A program made the position numbers and the translations under genes. Below, one piece after another: positions 1 through 9,233 of a stretch of DNA of 29,248 nt. The notes beneath the pieces were generated by a model, which did no database searches, was not told the DNA's origin, and saw only the letters and a program-made list of their open reading frames with translations. The DNA is from Pseudomonadota bacterium (GTDB taxonomy: Bacteria > Desulfobacterota > Desulfobacteria > Desulfobacterales > JBDRRP01): the NCBI GenBank assembly GCA_043825735.1, contig JBDRRP010000136.1, positions 62,001 to 91,248 of the forward strand. Direction: 5' to 3'. Within the stretch, counting starts at the first letter, position 1. Every line of letters starts with the position of its first letter.

Positions 1-1
1 C

Positions 2-352
2 GATGCCCGAACCTTCGGATTTCTTCATGAATATGAGTACATGAAGCATTTCGGGCTTGCCCAGGGCGGGTCCCTTGATAATGTCGTCGTGGTGGACGAA
101 GACGGCGTGCTCAATCCTGAAGGACTCCGATACCCGGATGAATTCGTCCGGCACAAGATTCTTGACTGTATCGGGGATTTTTCTCTCCTGGGGATGCCCA
201 TGATGGGGCATCTTAAGGTCATCAAGTCAGGCCACGCATTCAATCACGAGTTCCTGAAGACGTTTTTTCTTCAGAAAGACCGGTGGGAGACCGTGACGGT
301 CACCTGCCCGTCCGCGGCCCCCGCCTACCCATCGAATCGGCTTGCCATTTAA
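2..352 (+). CDS. lpxC: UDP-3-O-acyl-N-acetylglucosamine deacetylase, C-terminal part (5' truncated by the window)
   Basis: Frame open from base 2: ARTFGF...GGSLDNVVV...LRYPDEFVRHKILDCIGD...SGHAFN, the LpxC signature motifs (HKxLD zinc site, GH catalytic His). Confidence 0.95.
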   Translation, partial: DARTFGFLHEYEYMKHFGLAQGGSLDNVVVVDEDGVLNPEGLRYPDEFVRHKILDCIGDFSLLGMPMMGHLKVIKSGHAFNHEFLKTFFLQKDRWETVTVTCPSAAPAYPSNRLAI

Positions 353-531
353 ACAGGCATCCGTTACACAATGAAGCCATGCGAGGCCCGCAGGAAAGCA
401 ACCGTGGGCACGGCGGTGCCGGCCGTCGGGAGCCACTGCCAGGGGGCGGGCCGGGTTGACACTTTTTCCGTTTGAAAAAAGGCGAGGGCTTTTCATTGAT
501 TTGCTTTTCGCCCATGCACGGCAGGAAAAAT

Positions 532-1146
532 ATGCGACTGACCCTCCCGGCCACTGGTGCGCGCAGCGTCATGACCGTTTATATCCGTTGTCTTTTTACG
601 TCCCTGTTGCTGGCGATGATCGCCGGTTGCCTGCTCACCCCGGCCCCGGCCTCGGCCCAGGAAGCCCAACTTTCGGACGTCGTGGTCACCAACACCCGTG
701 ATGATCTTCTGCTGTACCTGACTGTCGAGGGCGCGTTTACCGAAGAGATGTCCGCTGCTATCCTCAGCGGTGTCCCGGCCACATTTTCTTTTCTGGCAAT
801 CCTTTACCAGGTTAGAAGCATGTGGCTGAACAAGAAAATTGCCTCCCGCAAGATTACACATACCATCAAATTCGACAAACTGAAGAAGACCTACACCGTA
901 ACCCGCTCCTGGGAGTCGGAACCCCAGGTGACGCAGTCCATTTCAGAGGCCCGAAAGCTCATGTCGGAAGTGGACAGCCTCAAGATTATCGCCCTCGACC
1001 GGCTGGAGAAGGGGGAGCAGTACCAGATTCGCGCCAAAGCGGAGCTCAGCAAGCGCACCCTGCCCCTGAACCTGCATTACGTTCTTTTCTTTATGTCCTT
1101 GTGGGATTTCGAAACGGACTGGTACACCATCGATTTCATCTATTGA
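532..1146 (+). CDS. DUF4390-like exported protein
   Basis: ATG at 532 after AGGA; hydrophobic signal-like stretch ending PASA-QEA; 'AILSGVP..F', 'LPLNL..LF..W.FETDW' C-terminus; lies directly upstream of an ntrY-like kinase, the usual context. Start could be 571. Confidence 0.7.
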   Translation: MRLTLPATGARSVMTVYIRCLFTSLLLAMIAGCLLTPAPASAQEAQLSDVVVTNTRDDLLLYLTVEGAFTEEMSAAILSGVPATFSFLAILYQVRSMWLNKKIASRKITHTIKFDKLKKTYTVTRSWESEPQVTQSISEARKLMSEVDSLKIIALDRLEKGEQYQIRAKAELSKRTLPLNLHYVLFFMSLWDFETDWYTIDFIY

Positions 1147-1188
1147 TGTTGATGGCTGCCGCGCTCGGGTGCTTTGCCGGCATCGACT

Positions 1189-3423
1189 ATGAATGATCCA
1201 TTGACCACCATCCCATCTGCCCCGCTTTCTCCCGACGAGAAACGCCGCCGCAAGCGCGAAAGCATCCTCATCGTCGTGATTATCGCCGTGGTGTCGATAC
1301 TGACCTATGTGGAGACCCGGGTCATCACCTTCGGCACCGAATTTCCCATTTCCAACACCATCCTCATGTTTATCCTGATCAACATCAACCTGCTGTTGTT
1401 GATCCTGCTCATTTTTCTTGTATTCCGAAATCTGGTCAAATTGCTCATTGATCGACGCAGGAAAGTCATTGGCGCCAAGTTGCGAACGCGTCTGGTCGGG
1501 GCCTTTGTCGCCCTCACGCTGCTGCCGGCCGGCGTACTGTTCTTTTTTGCGATCAGTTTTATTACCACCAGTACGGAATTCTGGTTTAACGTGCCCATCG
1601 AACAGGCCCTGGAGAACTCTTTGCGTGTGGGCAGGAGTCTCTATAACCGGGCAGAAGATACCAACCGGTTCATTATCGAGCAGGCGTCCTATCAGATCCG
1701 GACGCGAAAACTGCTGGAAGAAAAGCGTTTCGGCAAGCTGAGCAACTACATTCAGATCGTGCAGCGCGCCTTCACTGTCGATGCGGTGGAGCTTTATGCC
1801 GTCAATGCCAGCCGCATGACCTATGCCACCGCTCCGGAATTGGGGGAGGTGCCGTTTGCGGTCATCTCCACAGATCAGCTTCAGCGGGAGATGCCCCCTA
1901 GCGGGGTGAGAACCGTTACCGAGACACTCACCAACGGCGAGTTGGTGAGAACCATCGGTACGGTCCCTTTCGGTGCGGCTGCCGGCGCCGTCGAGGCCTA
2001 CCTGGCCGTGTCGATCCTGGTGCCGCCGGCACTATCGGAAAACCTAAAATCCATCTCAAACGGTATCGAAGCCTATCAGCAGATCAAGATGTTGAAAAAG
2101 CCGATCCAGATCACCTACTACATCACGCTCTCCATTGTGGCCCTGCTGGTCGTTTTTTGCGCCGTCTGGTTCGGGTTTTATATGGCCAAGACGATTACCA
2201 TCCCGATAATGGAACTGGCCGAGGGGACCCGTCGCGTGGCAGAGGGGGACCTTGGGTTTTCGATCGAGCAGGTCGCCGACGACGAAATCGGCAGCCTGGT
2301 GGACTCCTTCAACCGCATGACCCGCGATTTGCGATCCGGCCGTGAACAGTTGGAGTTGTCGGCCCGAATGCTCCGTGACCAGAACGTAGAGATCGAGGAA
2401 AAGAGACAGTTTCTGGCCATCGTACTAAAAAACGTATCGGCCGGGGTAATCACTCTGGATGCCCACGGCATCATTTCTACGGTGAATACCTCTGCCGAGC
2501 GGATGCTCAATATCCGCGGTAAAAACATCCTCAGCCGCAACTACCAGGAAATTCTCACCGGTGATTATCTGCGCCAGGCCGAGGCCATCATCACCACGTT
2601 GCTGCAGTCTCCGGAGAATGCAGCCGAGTTTCCGGTGCGGATCACCGTTGACGGCCGCCCGCGCAGTTTTCTCTTTCATGCCAGCACGCTGCGCGACGAG
2701 AATGGCAATCACATGGGAATGGTCACCGTTTTTGACGATCTGACCGCACTGGAGCGAGCACAGCGTATGGCCGCCTGGCGAGAGGTCGCGCGACGCATCG
2801 CCCATGAAGTCAAAAACCCGTTGACGCCGATCTCGCTATCGGCACAGCGTTTGAAGCGCAAGTACTCCAAGAGCATCAATGATCCGGTTTTTGACGAGTG
2901 CACCCGGATGATCATCGATCACGTGGAGCTGATTCGCAATCTGGTCAACGAGTTTTCTGCGTTTGCCCGGTTTCCGGCAGCCAATCCGGCGCCGTGCGAT
3001 CTGTTGCCCATCATCGAAGAGACCATCGCCCTCTACCGGGAAGGCCATCCAATGGTTCAATTCCACCTGTCTGCCAACGGCGATCTGCCCAGACTCAATG
3101 TGGACCGGCGGCAGATAAAGCAGGCATTGATCAATTTGGTGGACAACGCGATCAGCGCCATGCGCCGCCGGGGACGAATCGATTTTGTGGTCAATTGTGA
3201 CAAGGAAAACGCGAAAATATTTTTAGAGGTGGCCGACAGCGGACCGGGGATCGATGAGGCCGTCAAGGCGCGTCTTTTCGAACCCAATTTTTCAACCAAA
3301 ACCACCGGCATGGGATTGGGGCTGACCATTGTCAACTCCATCATTAGCGACCATCAAGGGCGGGTCCGTGTCGAAGACAACACCCCCAGCGGCGCGCGGT
3401 TTGTTATCGAATTGCCCATATAA
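1189..3423 (+). CDS. ntrY: NtrY-like membrane sensor histidine kinase (TM, periplasmic, HAMP, PAS, HisKA, HATPase)
   Basis: N-terminal TM helices, KLRTRLV motif, HAMP (DEIGSLVDSFNRMT), PAS, H-box AWREVARRIAHEVKNPLTPI, NLVDNA, DSGPG, FSTKTTGMGLGL. Confidence 0.88.
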   Translation: MNDPLTTIPSAPLSPDEKRRRKRESILIVVIIAVVSILTYVETRVITFGTEFPISNTILMFILININLLLLILLIFLVFRNLVKLLIDRRRKVIGAKLRTRLVGAFVALTLLPAGVLFFFAISFITTSTEFWFNVPIEQALENSLRVGRSLYNRAEDTNRFIIEQASYQIRTRKLLEEKRFGKLSNYIQIVQRAFTVDAVELYAVNASRMTYATAPELGEVPFAVISTDQLQREMPPSGVRTVTETLTNGELVRTIGTVPFGAAAGAVEAYLAVSILVPPALSENLKSISNGIEAYQQIKMLKKPIQITYYITLSIVALLVVFCAVWFGFYMAKTITIPIMELAEGTRRVAEGDLGFSIEQVADDEIGSLVDSFNRMTRDLRSGREQLELSARMLRDQNVEIEEKRQFLAIVLKNVSAGVITLDAHGIISTVNTSAERMLNIRGKNILSRNYQEILTGDYLRQAEAIITTLLQSPENAAEFPVRITVDGRPRSFLFHASTLRDENGNHMGMVTVFDDLTALERAQRMAAWREVARRIAHEVKNPLTPISLSAQRLKRKYSKSINDPVFDECTRMIIDHVELIRNLVNEFSAFARFPAANPAPCDLLPIIEETIALYREGHPMVQFHLSANGDLPRLNVDRRQIKQALINLVDNAISAMRRRGRIDFVVNCDKENAKIFLEVADSGPGIDEAVKARLFEPNFSTKTTGMGLGLTIVNSIISDHQGRVRVEDNTPSGARFVIELPI

Positions 3424-3542
3424 TGGCCGTAAATGGTCTCAGGCCATCGGCTGCGGTGTCTCACTGTTCCTCGGGGCTTCCGCCACAAGGCGTTGGCGGG
3501 CAGGTGCCAGGAACAGAAATCCACCACTTGTAACCGCACGCC

Positions 3543-3677
3543 ATTAAGAGCCATTGTCATCAAAACGTTCCTTTTAAACAACGACGCCGGGTGACCATCG
3601 AAATCGCTATCAGTATCGCTATCGGCCGTAGAAACAGTCGATATCGATCCCGACCCCGAGAGGGTCCTGGGATGAAA
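3543..3677 (+). repeat. ~135-bp dispersed repeat, copy A, with internal ATCGnn hexamer-periodic hairpin
   Basis: Aligns along its whole length with the reverse complement of 14069..14202, including an identical 22-mer CGATCCCGACCCCGAGAGGGTC. Confidence 0.9.
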
Positions 3678-3727
3678 CGGAACGTTATTCTGACAAATAC
3701 GATAACAGTAACAGGAGAAGTGCTCAT

Positions 3728-5077
3728 ATGTTTCCATCCATTTTAATCGTCGATGATGAATCCTCCATCATTAAGTCCCTGGGCGGGCTGCTCTCGGACG
3801 AAGGCTATGAAATCCTTTCGGCATCCAACGGCTACGAGGCGCTCAAGGTGATCGATGCCGAGTCTCCGGACCTGGTGCTGCTGGACATCTGGATGCCCGG
3901 CATCGACGGCCTGGAAACCCTCAAGGAGATCAAGCGGACCAACCCGTTTGTCCAGGTGATCATCATCTCGGGGCACGGCACCATCGAGACCGCCGTCCGG
4001 GCGACCAAGCTGGGGGCCTTCGATTTTATCGAAAAACCGCTCTCTATAGACAAGGTCATCGTGACCATCAACAATGCCCTCGAGTTCAGACGGCTGGAGG
4101 AAGAAAACCGCTACCTCAGAAAGAAGACACTCGAAAAACACTCCATTACCGGTTTCAGCGCGGTGACCCAGGAGCTCAGAAAGCAGATCGCCATTGCCGC
4201 CCCCAAAGACGCCTGGATTCTCATCACCGGCGAAAACGGGACCGGCAAGGAGCTGATCGCGCGTTCCATTCATCAGCTCAGTTCCCGGCAGAGCAAGCCG
4301 ATGATCGACGTCAACTGTGCGGCCATCCCCGACGAATTGATCGAAAGCGAACTCTTCGGGCATGAAAAAGGCGCCTTCCCGGGGGCCGCCGCCAAAAAGC
4401 GCGGAAAATTCGAACTGGCTGCCGGTGGGACCATTTTACTCGACGAAATCGGGGACATGAGCATGAAAACCCAGGGGAAAATTCTCCGGGTGCTCGAGGA
4501 ACAGCAGTTTCAGCGGCTCGGGGGGGGGCGCACCATCGCCATCAATGCCCGCATTATATCGGCAACCAATAAAAATCTGGAGCGGGAGATCGCCGAGGGA
4601 CGGTTTCGCGAAGAGCTGTACTACCGTCTCAACGTGCTGCCGATCCAGGTGCCGCCGCTTCGTGAGCGCAAGGAAGATATCCCGAAGATGGTGGAGACAT
4701 TCCTTCTGGAGGCCGCCGCCGAAAACCGCGGCGAGATCAAGACCGTCACCTCAGAGGCCATGGCGGTGCTGATGGGCTACGACTGGCCCGGCAATGTCCG
4801 GGAATTGAAAAACCTCGTGGAGCGGATGGCGATCATGGTGGACGCCGCGGTGATCGATGCGGCGGATATTCCCGCCCTGAGGCCCCCGCGGGCCGGGGGC
4901 GGTGTCTCCCCCGAGGCAGACATCCTGTTTACCATCGGACATCTCAAAGAGGCCAAGAAAGCATTCGAGAAGGAATTCATTCAGCGGAAAATGAAGGTGT
5001 GTGAGAACAACGTCACCAAGACCGCGGAAGCCATCGGCGTTGCCCGCAGCTATCTGCACCGAAAGCTGAAGGAGTAG
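3728..5077 (+). CDS. ntrX: NtrX-like response regulator (REC, AAA+ sigma54-type, Fis HTH)
   Basis: ILIVDDE/LLDIWMPG receiver, GENGTGKE Walker [35 protein letters not shown]-terminal HTH; SD AGGAG upstream. Confidence 0.88.
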   Translation: MFPSILIVDDESSIIKSLGGLLSDEGYEILSASNGYEALKVIDAESPDLVLLDIWMPGIDGLETLKEIKRTNPFVQVIIISGHGTIETAVRATKLGAFDFIEKPLSIDKVIVTINNALEFRRLEEENRYLRKKTLEKHSITGFSAVTQELRKQIAIAAPKDAWILITGENGTGKELIARSIHQLSSRQSKPMIDVNCAAIPDELIESELFGHEKGAFPGAAAKKRGKFELAAGGTILLDEIGDMSMKTQGKILRVLEEQQFQRLGGGRTIAINARIISATNKNLEREIAEGRFREELYYRLNVLPIQVPPLRERKEDIPKMVETFLLEAAAENRGEIKTVTSEAMAVLMGYDWPGNVRELKNLVERMAIMVDAAVIDAADIPALRPPRAGGGVSPEADILFTIGHLKEAKKAFEKEFIQRKMKVCENNVTKTAEAIGVARSYLHRKLKE

Positions 5078-5082
5078 CTCCG

Positions 5083-5649
5083 GTGGCAGGCGGCGTGCGT
5101 ATTGTCAGCGGGCGCCTCAAGGGGCGGCGGCTTGCGACGCCGGCCGGTTTGGGAACGCGGCCGACGGCCGACCGGGTGAGGGAGGCCGTTTTCAGCATCC
5201 TTTACGGGCGGATCGCCGGTGCGCGCGTTCTGGATCTTTTCTCCGGATCGGGCGCGCTGGCCCTGGAGGCCATCAGCCGCGGCGCCCAGAGCGCGCTGGC
5301 CATCGACAGAGATCCCGCCGCCATTTCCGTGATTCGGCGCAACATCACCCATTGCGGTGTGGATGACCGGGCTGCGGTCATCGGCTGGGACATTCGCGCC
5401 AGTCTCGACTGCCTTTCCCGGCGCCCTGAGACGTATTCCCTGATATTTCTGGACCCGCCGTATGCCAGCGATCTGGCCGGCATTGCGATGGCCCATCTGC
5501 ACGCGGCGGGCTGCGTTTCGCCCGGAGCCACGCTTGTCGTGGAGCACAGTCAACAGCAGATTCCCGAAGCGATCGAGGGTTTTTGCATGCTCACCGACCG
5601 GCGCCGTTATGGGAAAACCCTTGTCTCGTTTTTTACAACCATGCTATGA
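5083..5649 (+). CDS. rsmD: 16S rRNA (guanine966-N2)-methyltransferase
   Basis: RIVSG..KGRRL, TRPTADRVREAVF, VLDLFSGSGALALEAISRGA, FLDPPY; adjacent to coaD. Start codon uncertain (GTG 5083 or 5095). Confidence 0.93.
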   Translation: MAGGVRIVSGRLKGRRLATPAGLGTRPTADRVREAVFSILYGRIAGARVLDLFSGSGALALEAISRGAQSALAIDRDPAAISVIRRNITHCGVDDRAAVIGWDIRASLDCLSRRPETYSLIFLDPPYASDLAGIAMAHLHAAGCVSPGATLVVEHSQQQIPEAIEGFCMLTDRRRYGKTLVSFFTTML

Positions 5650-5730
5650 GGTGCCAGCATTGCCCCGGCGGACATGGCTTTCTCCGAACCACCTGAAACG
5701 GATCTGCGCAGGGAAAGGATTTCGACATCC

Positions 5731-6228
5731 ATGAAACGCATTGCCATCTATCCCGGCTCTTTTGACCCGGTGACCAACGGTCATCTCGATATTTTAGAGC
5801 GTGGGCTGAAGATGTTCGATCGGATTATCATCGGGATTTTGCACAATCCAAACAAATCGTCGCTGTTTTCGATGGATGAGAGAAAAGCGCTGCTGCACGA
5901 CAGCCTCGTGGCATTTCCAAACGTGGAAGTGGATACCTTCGATGGGCTGCTGGTCGATTACGCCGCCCAAAAAAATGCCTGCGCCATTCTTCGGGGCATG
6001 CGCGCTGTTTCGGATTTTGAATACGAGTTCCAGATGGCACTGATGAACCGGAAGCTCAATCGGGACATCCAGACCGTGTTTATGATGACCGGTCTGCGGT
6101 GGATTTTTACCAGCTCTTCCATCATCAAGGAGGCGGCCCAGTTTGGCGGCGATGTCGACGACATGGTACCCCCGCTGGTCAGCCGCAAGCTCAAGGAAAA
6201 GTACGCCCTCCTGAGGCGCGGTGCATAG
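5731..6228 (+). CDS. coaD: Phosphopantetheine adenylyltransferase
   Basis: AIYPGSFDPVTNGHLDI, RGMRAVSDFEYEFQMALMN, SSSIIKE. Confidence 0.97.
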   Translation: MKRIAIYPGSFDPVTNGHLDILERGLKMFDRIIIGILHNPNKSSLFSMDERKALLHDSLVAFPNVEVDTFDGLLVDYAAQKNACAILRGMRAVSDFEYEFQMALMNRKLNRDIQTVFMMTGLRWIFTSSSIIKEAAQFGGDVDDMVPPLVSRKLKEKYALLRRGA

Positions 6229-7146
6229 ATGGACCTGTGGCAGCTTAACATCTTTTGCAAGGTCGTCGAAAAAAGAAGTTTTTCCAAGGCGGGGCAGGCC
6301 GTTCATCTTTCCCAACCGACCGTCAGCAGTCATATCAAAGATCTGGAAGCCCATTTCCGGTGCCAGCTCATCGACCGCTTGTCCACGGCGGCGGTTCCGA
6401 CGCCTGCCGGCGAATTGCTCTACGGCTACGCCAAGCGGATGCTGTCCTTAAAAACGGAGATGGCCTCTGCGCTGTCGGAATTTTTAGGCACCATCACCGG
6501 CCATCTGACCATCGGCGGCAGCACGATCCCAGGTAACTATATTCTCCCCGGTCTGATGGGCAAGTTTTCGGCGCATTACCCGGATGTCCGCATGTCACTG
6601 GTGGTGGAGGATACCGCGGCCATCGTCGGGCATGTGGTGCGTGGCGATATTGAGGTGGGGCTCGTCGGCGGGAAAACAGACGATGCCGGTATCGCCCAGG
6701 ATGTATTTATCGAAGACGATATGGCCCTCGTCGTCCCGGCCGGGCATCCGCTGGCGGCGCGATCGGCGGTGACCCTCGCCGAATTGCACAACGCCCCCTT
6801 TATCATCCGGGAGTCGGGCTCCGGCACGCGGCAGTCTTTTGAGGAATGCCTGCGGGCGGCCGGCCATGCCGTGGACCGGCTTGCCGTCGTTGCCGAAATG
6901 GGGAGCACAGAGGCCGTGATTCAGGCTATCCGCGGCGGATTGGGCGTGTCGATTCTTTCAAGACTGGCCGTCAGCGATGCGTGCGGCGGCGGTCAGCTCA
7001 AAGCGCTCAGCATCCGTGGCGTTGACCTGAAGCGTCATTTTTATCTCACCCGACACCGTCATCGCACGCTGTCACCCACCAGCCGCGCCTTTGTGGACTT
7101 CTTGACCGCCATCCCCCCGGATCAGCGCAGCCCCCAATCCAGATAG
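6229..7146 (+). CDS. LysR-family transcriptional regulator (CysL-like substrate-binding domain)
   Basis: SFSKAG..VHLSQPTVSSHIKDLE HTH; IGGSTIPGNY, RESGSGTR, GSTEAV motifs; starts immediately after the coaD stop. Confidence 0.9.
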   Translation: MDLWQLNIFCKVVEKRSFSKAGQAVHLSQPTVSSHIKDLEAHFRCQLIDRLSTAAVPTPAGELLYGYAKRMLSLKTEMASALSEFLGTITGHLTIGGSTIPGNYILPGLMGKFSAHYPDVRMSLVVEDTAAIVGHVVRGDIEVGLVGGKTDDAGIAQDVFIEDDMALVVPAGHPLAARSAVTLAELHNAPFIIRESGSGTRQSFEECLRAAGHAVDRLAVVAEMGSTEAVIQAIRGGLGVSILSRLAVSDACGGGQLKALSIRGVDLKRHFYLTRHRHRTLSPTSRAFVDFLTAIPPDQRSPQSR

Positions 7147-7169
7147 TCTGCTTTTTCTGATAATTTCAA

Positions 7170-7299
7170 TCGCGCAGAGCCGCCGAGACGCAGAGAAACC
7201 CAAGTCGTTTCTCAATAAAGCGCCTGTGAAGTCTCAACATTCGCGGAAACGAAGTTCTCAACTCTTTGGTTTTCTCAGCGTCTCGGCGGCTCTGCGCGA
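7170..7299. repeat. REP-like inverted repeat pair (CGCAGAG family) between convergent genes
   Basis: 7170-7198 TCGCGCAGAGCCGCCGAGACGCAGAGAAA matches the reverse complement of 7271-7299 at 28/29 positions. Confidence 0.9.
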
Positions 7300-7352
7300 A
7301 AACAGGTTTTTCTTTGTTTGCCTGAAAGATGCCATTTGTGGGCGGTAACGCG

Positions 7353-8306
7353 TTACCGGGTGCGGGAGATGCGCTCGAGGAAAAGCACGGCGGCGGCCCC
7401 GAGGCAGAAGAGCGCGATGGCCACGGCGACCTCGCGCCCCATTTCCGGGGGCAGAATGGTTTGCGTGCTGATGACGTGGATTTTGCCCCGGATGATCTGG
7501 CTTTCCACGACGACCTGCCAGGGCCAGAGTTTGGGCAGGGAGCCGGCCATGAGCCCGGTGAGAAACGCGATGGTGATGTTGTAGCGGGTGATGAGCAGGT
7601 AATTGAGCAGCCGTGAAAAAACCATCAGGCCCACCAGGCAGCCGGCGCAAAAAACGGCGATCACCGCCATGTTGTAAGGAATGAAGGGGTTTTTCAGGGT
7701 TGCAGTGATAAACGCGTATTTTCCCAGAATGAGGAGAATGAACGCGCCGCTGATGCCCGGCAGGATCATGGCGCAGATGGCCACCAGTCCGGAAAAGAAA
7801 ATATACTCCCAGGTTTCCGGTGTCGAAACCGGCACATGGCTGACAATGATCCATGCGGTAGCCGTGCCGACCATCAGGGTGCCGATGGCGGCGGTGTTCC
7901 ATCGGGTGATCTTTGCCGCCACCACGATGATGGAGGCCGCCACCAGCCCCATGAACAGGCTCCAAATAAATACCGGCTGATGAATAAGAAGGTAGTTCAT
8001 CAGCCGGGACAGGCTCACGATGGCCGTGCCGATGCCAGCGAGCAGCGACAGGAGAAAACGCAGGTGCAGCCGTGCCACGGCGCCCTTGATATCTCCCGAA
8101 AAAAGGCGGCGCACTGCCGTGACGTCGGCCGATTCAATGGCCTGCAGCAGCTGCTGGTAAATGCCGGTGATCAAGGCAATGGTGCCGCCGGAGACGCCGG
8201 GAATGATATCGGCGGTTCCCATGCACAGCCCCTTGAGGCTCAAGATTCCCGCCGCGCTCAGACTGTCAGGGCCGGGGCTGCTGAAAAACGCTTCTTTCCA
8301 TGTCAT
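7353..8306 (-). CDS. DUF368-like inner membrane protein
   Basis: Duplicated motif MGTADIIPGVSGGTIALITGIY / AMILPGISGAFILLILGKY, many TM helices, GLMAGSL..LWPW. Confidence 0.85.
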   Translation of the reverse strand: MTWKEAFFSSPGPDSLSAAGILSLKGLCMGTADIIPGVSGGTIALITGIYQQLLQAIESADVTAVRRLFSGDIKGAVARLHLRFLLSLLAGIGTAIVSLSRLMNYLLIHQPVFIWSLFMGLVAASIIVVAAKITRWNTAAIGTLMVGTATAWIIVSHVPVSTPETWEYIFFSGLVAICAMILPGISGAFILLILGKYAFITATLKNPFIPYNMAVIAVFCAGCLVGLMVFSRLLNYLLITRYNITIAFLTGLMAGSLPKLWPWQVVVESQIIRGKIHVISTQTILPPEMGREVAVAIALFCLGAAAVLFLERISRTR

Positions 8307-8309
8307 CGA

Positions 8310-8966
8310 TTACTTCTTCCAGCCGTCTTCGCCAATCAATTTGACAAACCGGCAGCCGCCGAGGTTGATTTTGTTTACACCGCTGTCATCTCGAACGATC
8401 TTGATCAGCTCCTGGGTGTAGTGGTCTCCTACGGGTATGACCATCCGTCCGCCGATGGCCAGCTGTTGGACCAGCGCCTTGGGGACCTGAGGGGCCCCGG
8501 CTGTGACGATGATGGCATCGAAGGGACTCTGGTCCTTCCAGCCGGTGGTACCGTCTGAAAGGTGGGTCACGATGTTGTGGTAGCGCAGCGCGTCGAAGCG
8601 CCGGCGGGCCTGCAAGAGCAAACTATGGATGCGCTCGACGGTGTAGACCCGGAAGGCGATTTCGGCCAGAATGGCGGCCTGATAGCCGGACCCGGTGCCG
8701 ATTTCCAGAACCCGGTCTTCAGGAGACAATTGCAGGGCCTGGGTCATTTCGGCCACAATGAAGGGCTGGGAAATGGTCTGCTGCTCGCCGATGGGCAGGG
8801 GATAGTCTCCGTAGGCCTGATCGGCCAGGGCTTCACTCACGAAGCGGTGCCGGGGCACTTTGGCCATTGCCGCCAGAACGCGGGCATCGGTAATGCCGCG
8901 CGCGGTGATCTGGCGGTTCACCATCTCTTCGCGTTGGCGCTGATATGTGAGAGAGTCCACAACCAT
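8310..8966 (-). CDS. pcm: Protein-L-isoaspartate(D-aspartate) O-methyltransferase
   Basis: [57 protein letters not shown] at 8966 with GAGG upstream. Confidence 0.96.
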   Translation of the reverse strand: MVVDSLTYQRQREEMVNRQITARGITDARVLAAMAKVPRHRFVSEALADQAYGDYPLPIGEQQTISQPFIVAEMTQALQLSPEDRVLEIGTGSGYQAAILAEIAFRVYTVERIHSLLLQARRRFDALRYHNIVTHLSDGTTGWKDQSPFDAIIVTAGAPQVPKALVQQLAIGGRMVIPVGDHYTQELIKIVRDDSGVNKINLGGCRFVKLIGEDGWKK

Positions 8967-9027
8967 GGCACATGCCTCTACCAATATCCCTATGGACCGT
9001 CAAGCCGCAACAATGTGTGAAAACAAC

Positions 9028-9057
9028 TTGACAACTTTTAGGGAATCTGGAAAGGAT
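9028..9057 (+). promoter_or_regulatory. Putative sigma70 promoter of the trp leader/trpEGDCF
   Basis: Perfect TTGACA at 9028-9033, about 55 bp before the leader ATG; the -10 element is poor (AAGGAT at 18-bp spacing). Confidence 0.4.
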
Positions 9058-9087
9058 TTCCGCATTGGAGAAAGGTTCACCGCCGCA

Positions 9088-9171
9088 ATGAAAGATCGCA
9101 CCACCATCTTGCCGGGTCGATTTTGGTGGTGGCGGGGCTGGCTCACGCCGCCTGCCGCCGGGCAGGGATGA
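9088..9171 (+). CDS. trpL: trp operon leader peptide, 27 aa MKDRTTILPGRFWWWRGWLTPPAAGQG
   Basis: ATG 9088 downstream of GGAGAAAGG; three consecutive TGG codons at 9124-9132 plus a fourth at 9139; followed by terminators and trpE. Confidence 0.88.
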   Translation: MKDRTTILPGRFWWWRGWLTPPAAGQG

Positions 9172-9198
9172 TCCGTTCTCTTTATTGAGATGATTCCC

Positions 9199-9230
9199 AA
9201 GACCGTGGCAGATAAAGCCACGGTCTTTTT
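9199..9230 (+). terminator. Attenuator terminator 1
   Basis: AAGACCGTGGC (9199-9209) / GCCACGGTCTT (9217-9227) perfect stem, 7-nt loop, running into TTTTT. Confidence 0.88.
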
Positions 9231-9233
9231 GTT

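Noticed and set aside
375..455. GC-rich stretch after lpxC containing GAGCCACTG and GCAGGAAAGCA, reminiscent of a cobalamin riboswitch or SRP RNA
   Set aside because: Other conserved elements (AGGGAA..GGTG, GGGAAG, B12 box; SRP CAGG-NNN-GGAA-NNN-AGCAG helix) are absent.
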